Origin: a virus
Taxonomy: Duplodnaviria; Caudoviricetes
Direction: 5' to 3' (one strand)
Length of the DNA stretch: 50,508 bases
Virus record (IMG/VR): IMGVR_UViG_3300013117_000343
Location: 1 to 50,508 of that record
Numbering within the stretch: the first letter of the stretch is position 1; the number at the start of each line of letters is the position of its first letter. Made by a program: the position numbers and the translations under genes. The notes under the pieces were generated by a model, which did not search any database, was not told the origin of the DNA, and saw only the letters and a program-made list of their open reading frames with translations. Shown here one piece after another: positions 1 to 8,696 of the stretch.

Positions 1-119
1 GGAGCAATTGGTAAAGTTCTTGTAAGTGTTATTCACGTCTGGAAGCCTAGTCAGGATAACTGGGTGGATAAGGTTGAAGAGTGGACTGAGAAGATACAGA
101 AGGGGCTCTTCAAGGCAAG
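1..119. repeat. Exact terminal direct repeat, left copy (circular assembly overlap)
   Basis: 1-119 is identical to 50390-50508, and an ORF reads through the junction. Confidence 0.97.
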
Positions 120-246
120 TGAAATATTAAAAAAGTTCAGCGGTGCGTGAGGGTTGGGAAAGTAATATACTTTGTAGGGAAGCATACGAGAGTAGGACAT
201 TTAAAAACACCTTCAGGCACCTCATTCTTTGGTATTAAGGTTAGGT

Positions 247-1446
247 TTAGGTGGTAGAGGCTCTACGTGTTATCTTATACTTTCTCCCTCTACCATCTGC
301 AATTTCCTCTATTTCTCCACAATCTAATAGTGTTCTTATTATTATACTCATCTCTTGGCTGTCAGCCAGCCGCCAACACTTCCTAAGAAGTTCAGCATGA
401 TTGATTGGTCCACTCCTCTTAATCATTGAGTGCACTCTCTCTATCACCCCACCAATCTTAGTAGAAGTCACGCTATCAAGTATAGACATTAAATTATTCT
501 CATTAGACGCCATTAGGTTGAGGGCTTCATAAATATGTTCCTCTGATATTAGGAGGTCAGAACCCTCAGATACTGATAAAAGTGCTGATACTTTAAACAT
601 AGTATCATGCTTCCTCCCGTAATATCCATCTAGTTTCTCATCCCTAGTTACACTCATCTCCGTTTCATACCAGTCTATAGCTGCCTGCTTAGCTTTCTTG
701 GTAAATTTTACAGGTCCTCTAAGCTCAGACCTTATTATGTTTAGGTCATAAGTTAAGTCTTTCCTCATTTCCACTTCATCTGGGCTCTCCTCTATCTCCC
801 TCCCATCTGATGCCTCTTCATTAAATAGGTGGTCTTTTGAAGGTCTCTCTTGGTAGACGAAAACTACTCGGGATGTGAAGCCTCCTCCTACTGCTACGTC
901 TGGGATACTTTCGGCTAAGCTTGATTTTGTTGTTGCGGCTAGCATTCCTAAAGTGGGGTTTTTGAGGATTTCCTTACCACCACCTTTTGTATGGTATATC
1001 CACTCGCCTTTGGGACTGTCATAGAGGTCGTTTAGGAGGGAGGTAATGCCCCTATTTATTGCATCCTTACTTAGTAAAACCTGAAGCTCAGTTGAGAACA
1101 GCATACCATAGCAGGAGGTTCCAGTGGTTGACTTTAGGAGAGCACCTATAAGTGCTTCAGGGGTTACTTTTTGGGCAAACACTGTGGGGGGTTTAACCAT
1201 TTGTTCTATCATACCTCTGCCAATATTGAGAGCAGACGACTTCCTGCACTTAGCACTCTCGGCTACCAGTATTACAAACAAGTTGGGATATATTGTATAT
1301 TTAATTCTCGGTATCCAAACTGACCTTCCTATTGCAGCGCTTAATACTGTGAGCCCAGTCCACTGATGAAACGCTTTGGGACTTTCTTGATTGTAAGTGT
1401 AGTCTAAGTAAGTTTCTAACCATGGCTTCTTACAATGTCTTAACAT
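247..1446 (-). CDS. DUF3987/YfjI-like P-loop ATPase with probable C-terminal winged helix; candidate replicative helicase or origin-binding protein
   Basis: ESPxxFHxW...YPNLFVILVAESAKCRKSS (variant Walker A), TPEALI, LYDSP, GGGFTSRVVFV; stop/start overlap with the polymerase gene. Confidence 0.7.
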   Translation of the reverse strand: MLRHCKKPWLETYLDYTYNQESPKAFHQWTGLTVLSAAIGRSVWIPRIKYTIYPNLFVILVAESAKCRKSSALNIGRGMIEQMVKPPTVFAQKVTPEALIGALLKSTTGTSCYGMLFSTELQVLLSKDAINRGITSLLNDLYDSPKGEWIYHTKGGGKEILKNPTLGMLAATTKSSLAESIPDVAVGGGFTSRVVFVYQERPSKDHLFNEEASDGREIEESPDEVEMRKDLTYDLNIIRSELRGPVKFTKKAKQAAIDWYETEMSVTRDEKLDGYYGRKHDTMFKVSALLSVSEGSDLLISEEHIYEALNLMASNENNLMSILDSVTSTKIGGVIERVHSMIKRSGPINHAELLRKCWRLADSQEMSIIIRTLLDCGEIEEIADGRGRKYKITRRASTT

Positions 1447-3734
1447 TATAGTTTGAGCTCTTTCATATCACTCCAAACTTTTCCTGTCTTTATTTCTACT
1501 GGGATGACTAAGGCTTCCCCCACTGATACATCAAATGGGAATTCAAAGTAGTGTTTGATGAACCTAAATATATGCATTGGGTCAGTCTCGTCTGGGACTT
1601 GCATAAGGACGCTATCATGGACTTGCAACATCATCTCCCAGTCTTGAGGGAGGGCATTATACGCATTGACCAAGCCCATGTTTAAAACATCACTTACAGT
1701 TGACTGAGGGACATATGCGATAGCATCCCTAAGTAAGTCTTGGCTCCACCTCCCAAAGAACATCCTTTTTCTATTAAAGGGGGTTACTAACACTCGGGAC
1801 TTTCTTAGCATATCCTCTACTTGTTTGTGCCAAAGCTTAATACGAGGGTAATGGGCATAATACTGATTAAGAAGTTCTCTAGCACGAACTTCCGATTGTC
1901 CAATGAGTCTTGAGAAAGTCCTCGCTCCAATTCCATAATTAGACGCATGGATAAGTGTTTTAGCAAGTTGTCTTTCGTCTGAGGTGACATTGTTAAGTGT
2001 CTTCCCAAATATGTCCGAAGCGTTTTTCTTGTGGATATCGCCTCCTTGCTCAAATAGAATTTGTAAACGGGTTTCTTTTGCCAGAAACGCCACCACTCTC
2101 GCCTCTGCCTGGGATAAATCAGCGTTGACGAATGTTTTCCCAGGGTCTGACACAAATATACTTCGAACCAACCCCTTTCTATCAATGTTTTGAAGATTGG
2201 TGCCACTTCCGTAGACACTTTTTCTACTGGATAACCTGCCAGTTTCTGTTCCTGTGATGACATAATTACACCTTATCCTTCCATCGGGATCTAGAGGAGC
2301 CCTAATATAGTTGGAGAGCATATGCCTAACCTTCCTAATATCCAGGATTAGGTCAAATACTGGGTTTGGGAATTTTTTAGATAGAGCTTGGATTGCCTCT
2401 TCGTCGGCTGTGAGAGACTTGGTCTTCCTGTTTCGTTGAGGAGGGAGGCCCATCTCGGTATAGAGAAACTCTACCATTTGCTTGGAGCTTGAAGGGTTGA
2501 GGGGATGACCCACAGCCTTCTCTAACTTTACCTCCATATCAGTAAGGTCCTTGGAGAGGTTCTCATCTATTTGAGCCCTCTTCTTCAGGTCTATTTTAAC
2601 ACCTGTTCTCTGCATACCGATTAGAGGTTTTATTAGTTTGTGTGAGTGCTTCCTGTAAAAGTCCCAAGTCTTGAACTCTTTAAGTTCCTTTACTATTTCC
2701 ATTGCACATTCCCAGGTAACTACAGTATCGAGACAGTTGTATTTCCAGAGGACGTCTGGCCCACCAGTCCCTGGCATATCTTTGTAGAAAGGGCGTGTGG
2801 TATAAATAGAACAGAGGAAGTCCAAACCCTTACGAAGTTCGGGGTATATACAGTGAAAGCCTACCATTGTGTCTAGCCAAAGGTTTGGGACTTCTACTCC
2901 CCATTTGTCTCTTAACCAAATCATATCATACTGAGCGTTCTGAGCAATAAACTTAATAGTTGGAGATTGGAAGAGTTTTCTAACTCTACCTATTATTGCT
3001 ATCTCCTCTTCACTAGTCCACCAAGAGTTACCAGAGTAGAAGATAGGGATGCAGATAGAGTTCTCTTTAGACCAGCCTAAACCTAGACAGAGGATTTGGT
3101 TTTCACTGTCAGTCTCAATATCAAAGGCTATGTATTTCTCCCTCTCAAGTGAGGCCAGAGTCTTCATAATGGTTTCAAATGAGGGATTTATTATGAAGAT
3201 ATCTTTGTAATCAGCGGGAGGGTAGGGAGTTTTAACCTCTTCTCTAATACGGTTAAAGTCCATTACTACTATGGGCTTAAACTCATACTGACGCATTACA
3301 GAGTCTGGGTGGATGGTGGGAATTACCTTTATCCCATTGAAGTTTAGAATACTCCCTCTACGTTTAATAACTGTTTTGAGACCTGTGAGTGCGTAGAGGG
3401 GTTCGTTGCCTAGAGCTACTATTACGTTTGGTCTATACTTTAGGATTTCTTCTTGGAGTCTTTTATGAGATTGAGTAAGATATTCTGTTGGCTTCCATCT
3501 TTTCTTGTCTGTGTAATATACACTAAAATCATTTTTGGGAGGTCTCTCTTGAACTACATTATCTATATAGCACTCACTTCTCTTAATACCAGTTTCACTT
3601 AGTATCTGGTCTAATACTCTTCCTGCACCACCAACAAATGGGCGTCCTATCTTTTCTTCTTGTGCTCCTGGGCACTCACCTACTAACCATAGTTTTGCAC
3701 TTTTATCACCCTCTCCATACACCTTCTTCTCCAT
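1446..3734 (-). CDS. polA: Family A DNA polymerase with N-terminal family-4 uracil-DNA-glycosylase-like domain and 3'-5' exonuclease (SPO1-type architecture)
   Basis: UDG motifs GECPG, PFVGGAG, TIHP; exonuclease motifs FDIET, QNAQYD, YNCLD; TGRLSS, NLQNI, motif A DLSQAEAR, motif B RQLAKTLIHASNYG, motif C VHDS. Confidence 0.95.
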   Translation of the reverse strand: MEKKVYGEGDKSAKLWLVGECPGAQEEKIGRPFVGGAGRVLDQILSETGIKRSECYIDNVVQERPPKNDFSVYYTDKKRWKPTEYLTQSHKRLQEEILKYRPNVIVALGNEPLYALTGLKTVIKRRGSILNFNGIKVIPTIHPDSVMRQYEFKPIVVMDFNRIREEVKTPYPPADYKDIFIINPSFETIMKTLASLEREKYIAFDIETDSENQILCLGLGWSKENSICIPIFYSGNSWWTSEEEIAIIGRVRKLFQSPTIKFIAQNAQYDMIWLRDKWGVEVPNLWLDTMVGFHCIYPELRKGLDFLCSIYTTRPFYKDMPGTGGPDVLWKYNCLDTVVTWECAMEIVKELKEFKTWDFYRKHSHKLIKPLIGMQRTGVKIDLKKRAQIDENLSKDLTDMEVKLEKAVGHPLNPSSSKQMVEFLYTEMGLPPQRNRKTKSLTADEEAIQALSKKFPNPVFDLILDIRKVRHMLSNYIRAPLDPDGRIRCNYVITGTETGRLSSRKSVYGSGTNLQNIDRKGLVRSIFVSDPGKTFVNADLSQAEARVVAFLAKETRLQILFEQGGDIHKKNASDIFGKTLNNVTSDERQLAKTLIHASNYGIGARTFSRLIGQSEVRARELLNQYYAHYPRIKLWHKQVEDMLRKSRVLVTPFNRKRMFFGRWSQDLLRDAIAYVPQSTVSDVLNMGLVNAYNALPQDWEMMLQVHDSVLMQVPDETDPMHIFRFIKHYFEFPFDVSVGEALVIPVEIKTGKVWSDMKELKL

Positions 3735-4029
3735 GTTTTACAAACCTCCCCTCTTTGTCCCTTCCTCTAGTGTGCTCTGCATTAACCCAACCAGAGTTAT
3801 GGCACACCACACAAAGAATTTTTAGATTGTCTATATTATTGTTCATTTTATTACCATCTTTATGGTGAGTGTTTAGGTTATGTGGAAAGCGTTTTCCGCA
3901 ATTTTGACACAGTTTTTGGTCAACTCCATTTTCTTGAAGTATTTTTTTAACAGTTCTATAAATGGTTGACCTGCACGTTCCACCTTTCCATTGATGATTT
4001 TTGTTCCCTAATTGACCTTCTTTGGTCAT
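3706..4029 (-). CDS. HNH endonuclease (free-standing, possibly homing)
   Basis: CQNCG...HHKDGNKMNNNIDNLKILCVVCH and N-terminal GNKNHQWKGG; start taken at ATG 4029 after GGAGG. Confidence 0.9.
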   Translation of the reverse strand: MTKEGQLGNKNHQWKGGTCRSTIYRTVKKILQENGVDQKLCQNCGKRFPHNLNTHHKDGNKMNNNIDNLKILCVVCHNSGWVNAEHTRGRDKEGRFVKHGEEGVWRG

Positions 4030-4037
4030 AATACCTC

Positions 4038-4223
4038 CTACTTGTTTGGTCTCCCACACTCAGGACAAAAGTTTGAGCTCGGCCATATTATTGTTTTACA
4101 ATGTTTGCACCTGGGCATATCAACTGCCTTCATTCCACACACCACACAGAATTTGCCAGAATATATAGCCATTCCGTATTGTTGACATTGTTTGTTTGAA
4201 CACATTTTTATTCCAATTTCCAT
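4038..4223 (-). CDS. Double zinc-ribbon small protein
   Basis: Four Cys pairs including KFCVVCG, RCKHCK, NFCPECG. Confidence 0.8.
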   Translation of the reverse strand: MEIGIKMCSNKQCQQYGMAIYSGKFCVVCGMKAVDMPRCKHCKTIIWPSSNFCPECGRPNK

Positions 4224-4224
4224 A

Positions 4225-5493
4225 CTATTCCTCCAATCTTTTAACTATGTTGTTGTAGTAGGTGTTATCTAACTCTATCCCTATCCCTATTCTACTAAGT
4301 TCCTTAGCCGCAACAATGGTGCTTCCGCTTCCTGCAAAGGGGTCTAATACTTTTTCACCAGGAAGGCTAGATAAACCAATAAGACCTCGCAAGAACTCTG
4401 TTGGCTTTTCCGTTGGGTGGATTTTCTTATTAGAGGGGACCCTCTTAATTGAGAAGATATCTCTAGGTGTTCCATTAAGTTTCCTCCCTCCTTTCCTACA
4501 ATAGAAGAATGGTTCGTAAGAGGAGGTAAAGTTAACAGACTGACTTGGAAAACCTCCACTGAGTTTGTCCCAGATTAGTGGGATGTGGTGGACCTGGAAG
4601 CCTACTTTTTCCAGTAGCTCTTTAATTTTGTTGTAATGTTGACATCCGAAGAAGATGTAAGCGTGCCTGTCATCCTTTAAAATGCGGAACATTTGAGCGA
4701 AGGCCTTATCCAACATGTCAAGGATGGTGAATTCATCATCTGGGCAGGGATATACCTTGTTGTGGGTCTTTTTAAAGGACTCGGCTTCGCCTAGGTTTAT
4801 CCCAAAGGGTGGGTCGGCTATGATAAGGTCAATTGACCCAGTTTCCATCTTTCCCATCTCCTTCACACAGTTGCCATGGATGATGTTGGGTGTTGCTATT
4901 ATCTTGCTGGTTTTAAGCCTCTTAGCTAGTTCAGCGTTTAGGATGTCTTCCTGCTTTTGCTTTAACTTTTTAAAAGCTACACTTTTGGACTTCTCTTTTT
5001 TGAGTTCGGGGAAGGCTTTCATTCCCCTAGCTAAAGCTATATCCATGGAGACTGTTCCCATACTTTCACCAAGGGCTTCAGCAGTGTCTCTCAACTTCCA
5101 ACCATCAGAGTCGTGTCCTTTAACTGCACTTCCATAAATCTTCTGTTTAAGTTTGTGAAGCTCAGCTTTTGCATTAACTTCCTCTTGCCAAGTGAAGGCT
5201 TCCCGCTGGATATTCTCCTCTAACTCAAGCTCTTTCTTCTCAAGTTCGTTCAGGTCCTTTCGAAACTTAACCTCAATTGAGCCCCACCTCTCCTCATTTT
5301 TAGTCCGTTTGAGTATTGAGAGGCAGGCTCGGAGCCTTCTCTCACCAGCTATTAACCTGTTCTTGTCATCTATTACAATTGGGTGGATTAAACCATAGGT
5401 CATAATAGATTGGGCAAGTTTGTCTACTCCCTCAAACTTCTTTCTAAACCTACTTCCTACTTGGATTTCGGTTATTTTAATTTTGGGCATCAC
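4225..5493 (-). CDS. ParB/Srx N-terminal domain fused to a beta-class N6A/N4C DNA methyltransferase
   Basis: GLIHPIVI..LIAGERRLRA..ELEENIQRE (ParB); ADPPF, HPTEKP, VLDPFAGSGST (MTase motif IV before motif I). Confidence 0.93.
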   Translation of the reverse strand: MMPKIKITEIQVGSRFRKKFEGVDKLAQSIMTYGLIHPIVIDDKNRLIAGERRLRACLSILKRTKNEERWGSIEVKFRKDLNELEKKELELEENIQREAFTWQEEVNAKAELHKLKQKIYGSAVKGHDSDGWKLRDTAEALGESMGTVSMDIALARGMKAFPELKKEKSKSVAFKKLKQKQEDILNAELAKRLKTSKIIATPNIIHGNCVKEMGKMETGSIDLIIADPPFGINLGEAESFKKTHNKVYPCPDDEFTILDMLDKAFAQMFRILKDDRHAYIFFGCQHYNKIKELLEKVGFQVHHIPLIWDKLSGGFPSQSVNFTSSYEPFFYCRKGGRKLNGTPRDIFSIKRVPSNKKIHPTEKPTEFLRGLIGLSSLPGEKVLDPFAGSGSTIVAAKELSRIGIGIELDNTYYNNIVKRLEE

Positions 5494-5870
5494 TCCTCCA
5501 ATATTTTAATTTTGGTGAATTTGAGTCCTATTGCTTCTTTGTGAGTCATTGTCTTTCCGTCTACTACTACTATTCGTGAGCTAGGTAGACCCTTTATTGG
5601 GTTTAGTTTCTTATCTTTATCTACTGATATCATAAAGGGCGGCTGGTCTGGTTTAAGCTCTGGTTGGATTACTACGGGTTTAGTTGGCTCTGGTTTAATC
5701 TTATCATCTTTTCCACAGAGGTGCGTAATGTCAATTGTGTCCTTTCCCTCAAGTCCACTGATTATCTCATCAAGCATGAGCTTAGCACAGTCTGCTTTAA
5801 TCTCAAGCTCGTGTATGTCCTTGGTGGTGTTAAGCATCTTACTTACTGCTCTAAGCATGTTTATTATCAT
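5490..5870 (-). CDS. Hypothetical protein
   Basis: ORF in the operon; GGAGG precedes ATG 5870. Confidence 0.7.
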   Translation of the reverse strand: MIINMLRAVSKMLNTTKDIHELEIKADCAKLMLDEIISGLEGKDTIDITHLCGKDDKIKPEPTKPVVIQPELKPDQPPFMISVDKDKKLNPIKGLPSSRIVVVDGKTMTHKEAIGLKFTKIKILEE

Positions 5871-5882
5871 AAGTCCTCCTTG

Positions 5883-5903
5883 TAATTTCAATTATTGAAC
5901 TTA
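5883..5903. promoter_or_regulatory. 21-bp palindromic operator, copy 1
   Basis: Minus strand TAAGTTCAATAATTGAAATTA, directly upstream of an RBS. Confidence 0.75.
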
Positions 5904-5913
5904 TCAGATAAGG

Positions 5914-5993
5914 TAGAGGAGGGCTGCCTTGGTAGGAGTGAAAAATGTAAAGAACCCCCTTAGCATTTAACCAGGAGTGGGCACCCCCCTCTA
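5914..5993 (-). other. Long irregular RNA hairpin (processing site, terminator or ncRNA)
   Basis: Nested pairings UAGAGGGGGG/CCCUCCUCUA, UGCC/GGCA, UGGU/ACCA, AAAUG/CAUUU. Confidence 0.55.
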
Positions 5994-5999
5994 TGTAGA

Positions 6000-6377
6000 C
6001 TACCTTACTATCTTCTTTATGTCGTTTGAGAAAACTCCCTCATACTCTTTAACACTAAGAGCTGCATCCAGCTCCAGCCCTTTTGTGTCTTCAGTGTCGA
6101 AGTCTCCCCAGGTTAGACCTAATCCCTCACAAATCTCCCTCAACCTGAATTGAGCATTACCTTCAGGTTTTAGGGTAGTGTTCTCGAATACATGCCCTGG
6201 TTTCAACTTGTCGTCAGTTGCTTTCACGTTAGGGTCTGCAAACTCGAACTCCCACTTTACATAAGGGTAGTTCTTACCTTCTGCTATTGAGCAATTTACT
6301 ACTCTCAACCTGTAACTACCAGCTTCGGCATAACCAAAGCCGCCAGTCTCAGCATTAGGATTTACCGTGACTTTCAT
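6000..6377 (-). CDS. DUF669-like OB-fold single-stranded DNA-binding protein
   Basis: AEAGSYRLRVVNC...YVKWEFE...FRLREICEGLG...KEYEGVFSNDIK; lies next to the AAA_24 ATPase and exonuclease; GGAGG precedes ATG 6377. Confidence 0.75.
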   Translation of the reverse strand: MKVTVNPNAETGGFGYAEAGSYRLRVVNCSIAEGKNYPYVKWEFEFADPNVKATDDKLKPGHVFENTTLKPEGNAQFRLREICEGLGLTWGDFDTEDTKGLELDAALSVKEYEGVFSNDIKKIVR

Positions 6378-6579
6378 CAGCTTTACCTCCTTTCTTTTGG
6401 ATTTTGTGTTCTTTAAGCCAAGCATCACGCTTAGCCTTTTTGTGCTGCTTTTGAAGAACCTCCATTGTCATTTCGATGTCAGTGAGACCTGGTGTGTATC
6501 TTTTACTCTTCTTCATCACTTTCCCCTTCTACCTCTACATAAGATATTGTTGATATACTATAGGTATATGTGTCTTCCA

Positions 6580-7341
6580 TTACCTCCCTCCATAAAGTTT
6601 ACTGAAGTCAGATGGAACTATCATGGGTATGTCTCTTGATGTTCTACAAGACCTCATACTGTCACCAACAGTTAACATCTCATAAGTAACCTTATCTCCT
6701 CTTACAGTTTTACGGAGCCAATACACCTCCTCAAACCCAACCCCTATCTTATCCTTCATTTGACCATCAATTAAGGGAAGGTAAGAAATCCTCCCAGTCA
6801 ACTCATCTTTATCTGCTCTCTCATGACAGATGAAGATTACGTTACACTTAAGTCTAAGGAGTGTATTATTAACTGTTTCATAGTTGGTAAGGGCTACACC
6901 ATAGAGAGGGAGGGTCATAGTAGATGTTGAATTAGCCGCCATTAAGAGTCTTTTAAGATGCTCATTCATGGAGGTATAGCTGTCTAATACCACGGTTTTA
7001 ATCTTTATCTTCTTGCCCTCCCTTTCAATAGTGCAATCATTATCAACAAGAGTTTGTATCATCTCAGCCAATCTCATATAACCCTTAGGTTTAGCCATGG
7101 TTACACGAGACCCTGGCTTAGGGTCTAATCCCGCTAACCTAACAAGAGTTAGTTCTGAAAGAGGGTCATCAATAGCCCATTGGATAATATCCCCCTTCTC
7201 TAACTTCCCTGAGATATTGTGCATCTTGTGAAGCTTGTTATCCACGTCTAAAAATAGAACGGGACCAGGTGCAGTTGAAGCGGCTGTGGTTTTACCACTC
7301 CCTGGTGGTCCTATCAGTAGACAACTGAAGATTTTCTCCAT
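6580..7341 (-). CDS. AAA_24/Sak4-like ATPase (recombination, ssDNA annealing)
   Basis: GPPGSGKTT, LFLDVD, TVVLDSYT, NVIFICHE, PLIDGQ. Confidence 0.85.
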   Translation of the reverse strand: MEKIFSCLLIGPPGSGKTTAASTAPGPVLFLDVDNKLHKMHNISGKLEKGDIIQWAIDDPLSELTLVRLAGLDPKPGSRVTMAKPKGYMRLAEMIQTLVDNDCTIEREGKKIKIKTVVLDSYTSMNEHLKRLLMAANSTSTMTLPLYGVALTNYETVNNTLLRLKCNVIFICHERADKDELTGRISYLPLIDGQMKDKIGVGFEEVYWLRKTVRGDKVTYEMLTVGDSMRSCRTSRDIPMIVPSDFSKLYGGR

Positions 7342-7604
7342 TATTTACCCTCCAATTTGTCTTTAGTTAACCAAAGGTGTATTTTACCATCTATCCTTGC
7401 TCTTCTAACATAACCAACGCCTAGTTGTCCAGCAAACTTTCTTAATAAGTATACGTTCCCTTGCTTAATCTCATCCTCATCAAAAACTATAGACTTGGTT
7501 GAGTCCAACACTTTTAAGGCGTTTAATACAGTCTCGTAAGGGAACTTACAACTTCTAGTAATAGATGGTCTGTCAGCTGTCTTAAAGTTAATCATGTTTT
7601 TCAT
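7341..7604 (-). CDS. Small basic hypothetical protein, possibly DNA-binding; resembles 20976-21236
   Basis: KFPY...LDSTKSIVF...RRARIDGKIHLW pattern. Confidence 0.55.
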   Translation of the reverse strand: MKNMINFKTADRPSITRSCKFPYETVLNALKVLDSTKSIVFDEDEIKQGNVYLLRKFAGQLGVGYVRRARIDGKIHLWLTKDKLEGK

Positions 7605-8455
7605 TTCTTCACCTCCTCTACCTCTTTAAACGGTTCCCATTTTTCCACTTTATACTCCCTCTCAATAACCCGATGGTCCTCCCCATACATGCAGAGTGTC
7701 TTAAAAGGGCATTCAGAGTTGTAACTATAACATTGGTCCTTTCTTTCACACTCATAGAACTCATTCTCTTTCTCACACCAAAGAATATCCCTAATATACC
7801 TCTGAACATTAAGCTTAAACCTCTCCCTGAGTTGGGTAGTCCTGGTCTTAGGGTCTCGGTAGAAGTGTTCCTCAGCCTTCTTGGTCTTCTCAGTTACCCT
7901 CTTAGTTTCCTTCCAGGGTTGAAGAGCATTAACTACGCAGCCAAAGCATTTCTCCCCGAAGTAAGCTTCTGCGCACAGGATATACCCAGTTATTTGGAAG
8001 TCAAGGTCAAACTGTTTGAAGTAGTTGAAGTTAAGGACAGATGCTGTTTTATGCTCAACTATCCAAAGCTCCTTTCCCCATCTAACTGGTAAGTCTATCC
8101 TCCCTGCATAGAGTATATCTCCTATAGGATAAACGAAGCCTATCTCGGGCTTAGCCGCCAGTGTAAAAGGCTCCTTAGCATACACCTTTGCATACCATCT
8201 TAAAAGCTTCTCCCCATTTTCCTGAGTTCTAAGGCTATCACCTTCCCTATCTTTGTAGGTTTCCCTGAAAATCGCAATAGCTTTATCCATGCTATTGGAA
8301 TTATACCACATCTCTAGGGCTTTGTGAATAGCCCCTCCAAATTCTAACGGAGCACTGGTCACCTTAGGGGTTAGGTGCCTAACCATCCTATAATAGTACT
8401 TCTTCCGACATTCGAGAAAAGTACTAAGCATTGTGTAATCCCAGACTCTCTCCAT
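7601..8455 (-). CDS. PD-(D/E)XK exonuclease, Cas4/AddB-like with probable Fe-S cysteines
   Basis: FLECRKKYYY, FGGAIHKALE, GRIDL...IVEHKT, QITGY, C-terminal CYSYNSECPFKTLC. Confidence 0.9.
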   Translation of the reverse strand: MERVWDYTMLSTFLECRKKYYYRMVRHLTPKVTSAPLEFGGAIHKALEMWYNSNSMDKAIAIFRETYKDREGDSLRTQENGEKLLRWYAKVYAKEPFTLAAKPEIGFVYPIGDILYAGRIDLPVRWGKELWIVEHKTASVLNFNYFKQFDLDFQITGYILCAEAYFGEKCFGCVVNALQPWKETKRVTEKTKKAEEHFYRDPKTRTTQLRERFKLNVQRYIRDILWCEKENEFYECERKDQCYSYNSECPFKTLCMYGEDHRVIEREYKVEKWEPFKEVEEVKK

Positions 8456-8467
8456 CGCTTCTCCTTT

Positions 8468-8695
8468 CTACATTTTTACTAGTTTAAATACTACGATGTT
8501 CCTTACATCTTTCCTAGCCTTTAGCTTCTTAACTATAGCTAAAGCCTTCTCCTTAGTGTTAGCAAAATATACTGGGTCTGATTCTACTTCGTAGAATATT
8601 GCATACTTTGCTTTTTTAGGGTTACCACGTATTACATCAATGCTCATTTTTGCCCGTGCCCGTGTGTCATTACCCCAATAACCGAAACATGCCAT
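8468..8695 (-). CDS. Hypothetical protein
   Basis: Tightly packed ORF on the coding strand. Confidence 0.6.
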   Translation of the reverse strand: MACFGYWGNDTRARAKMSIDVIRGNPKKAKYAIFYEVESDPVYFANTKEKALAIVKKLKARKDVRNIVVFKLVKM

Positions 8696-8696
8696 C

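Noticed and set aside
7601-8455. cas4 or a CRISPR system
   Set aside because: No cas1/cas2 or repeat-spacer array seen; it sits with Sak4-like and SSB genes as a normal recombination module.
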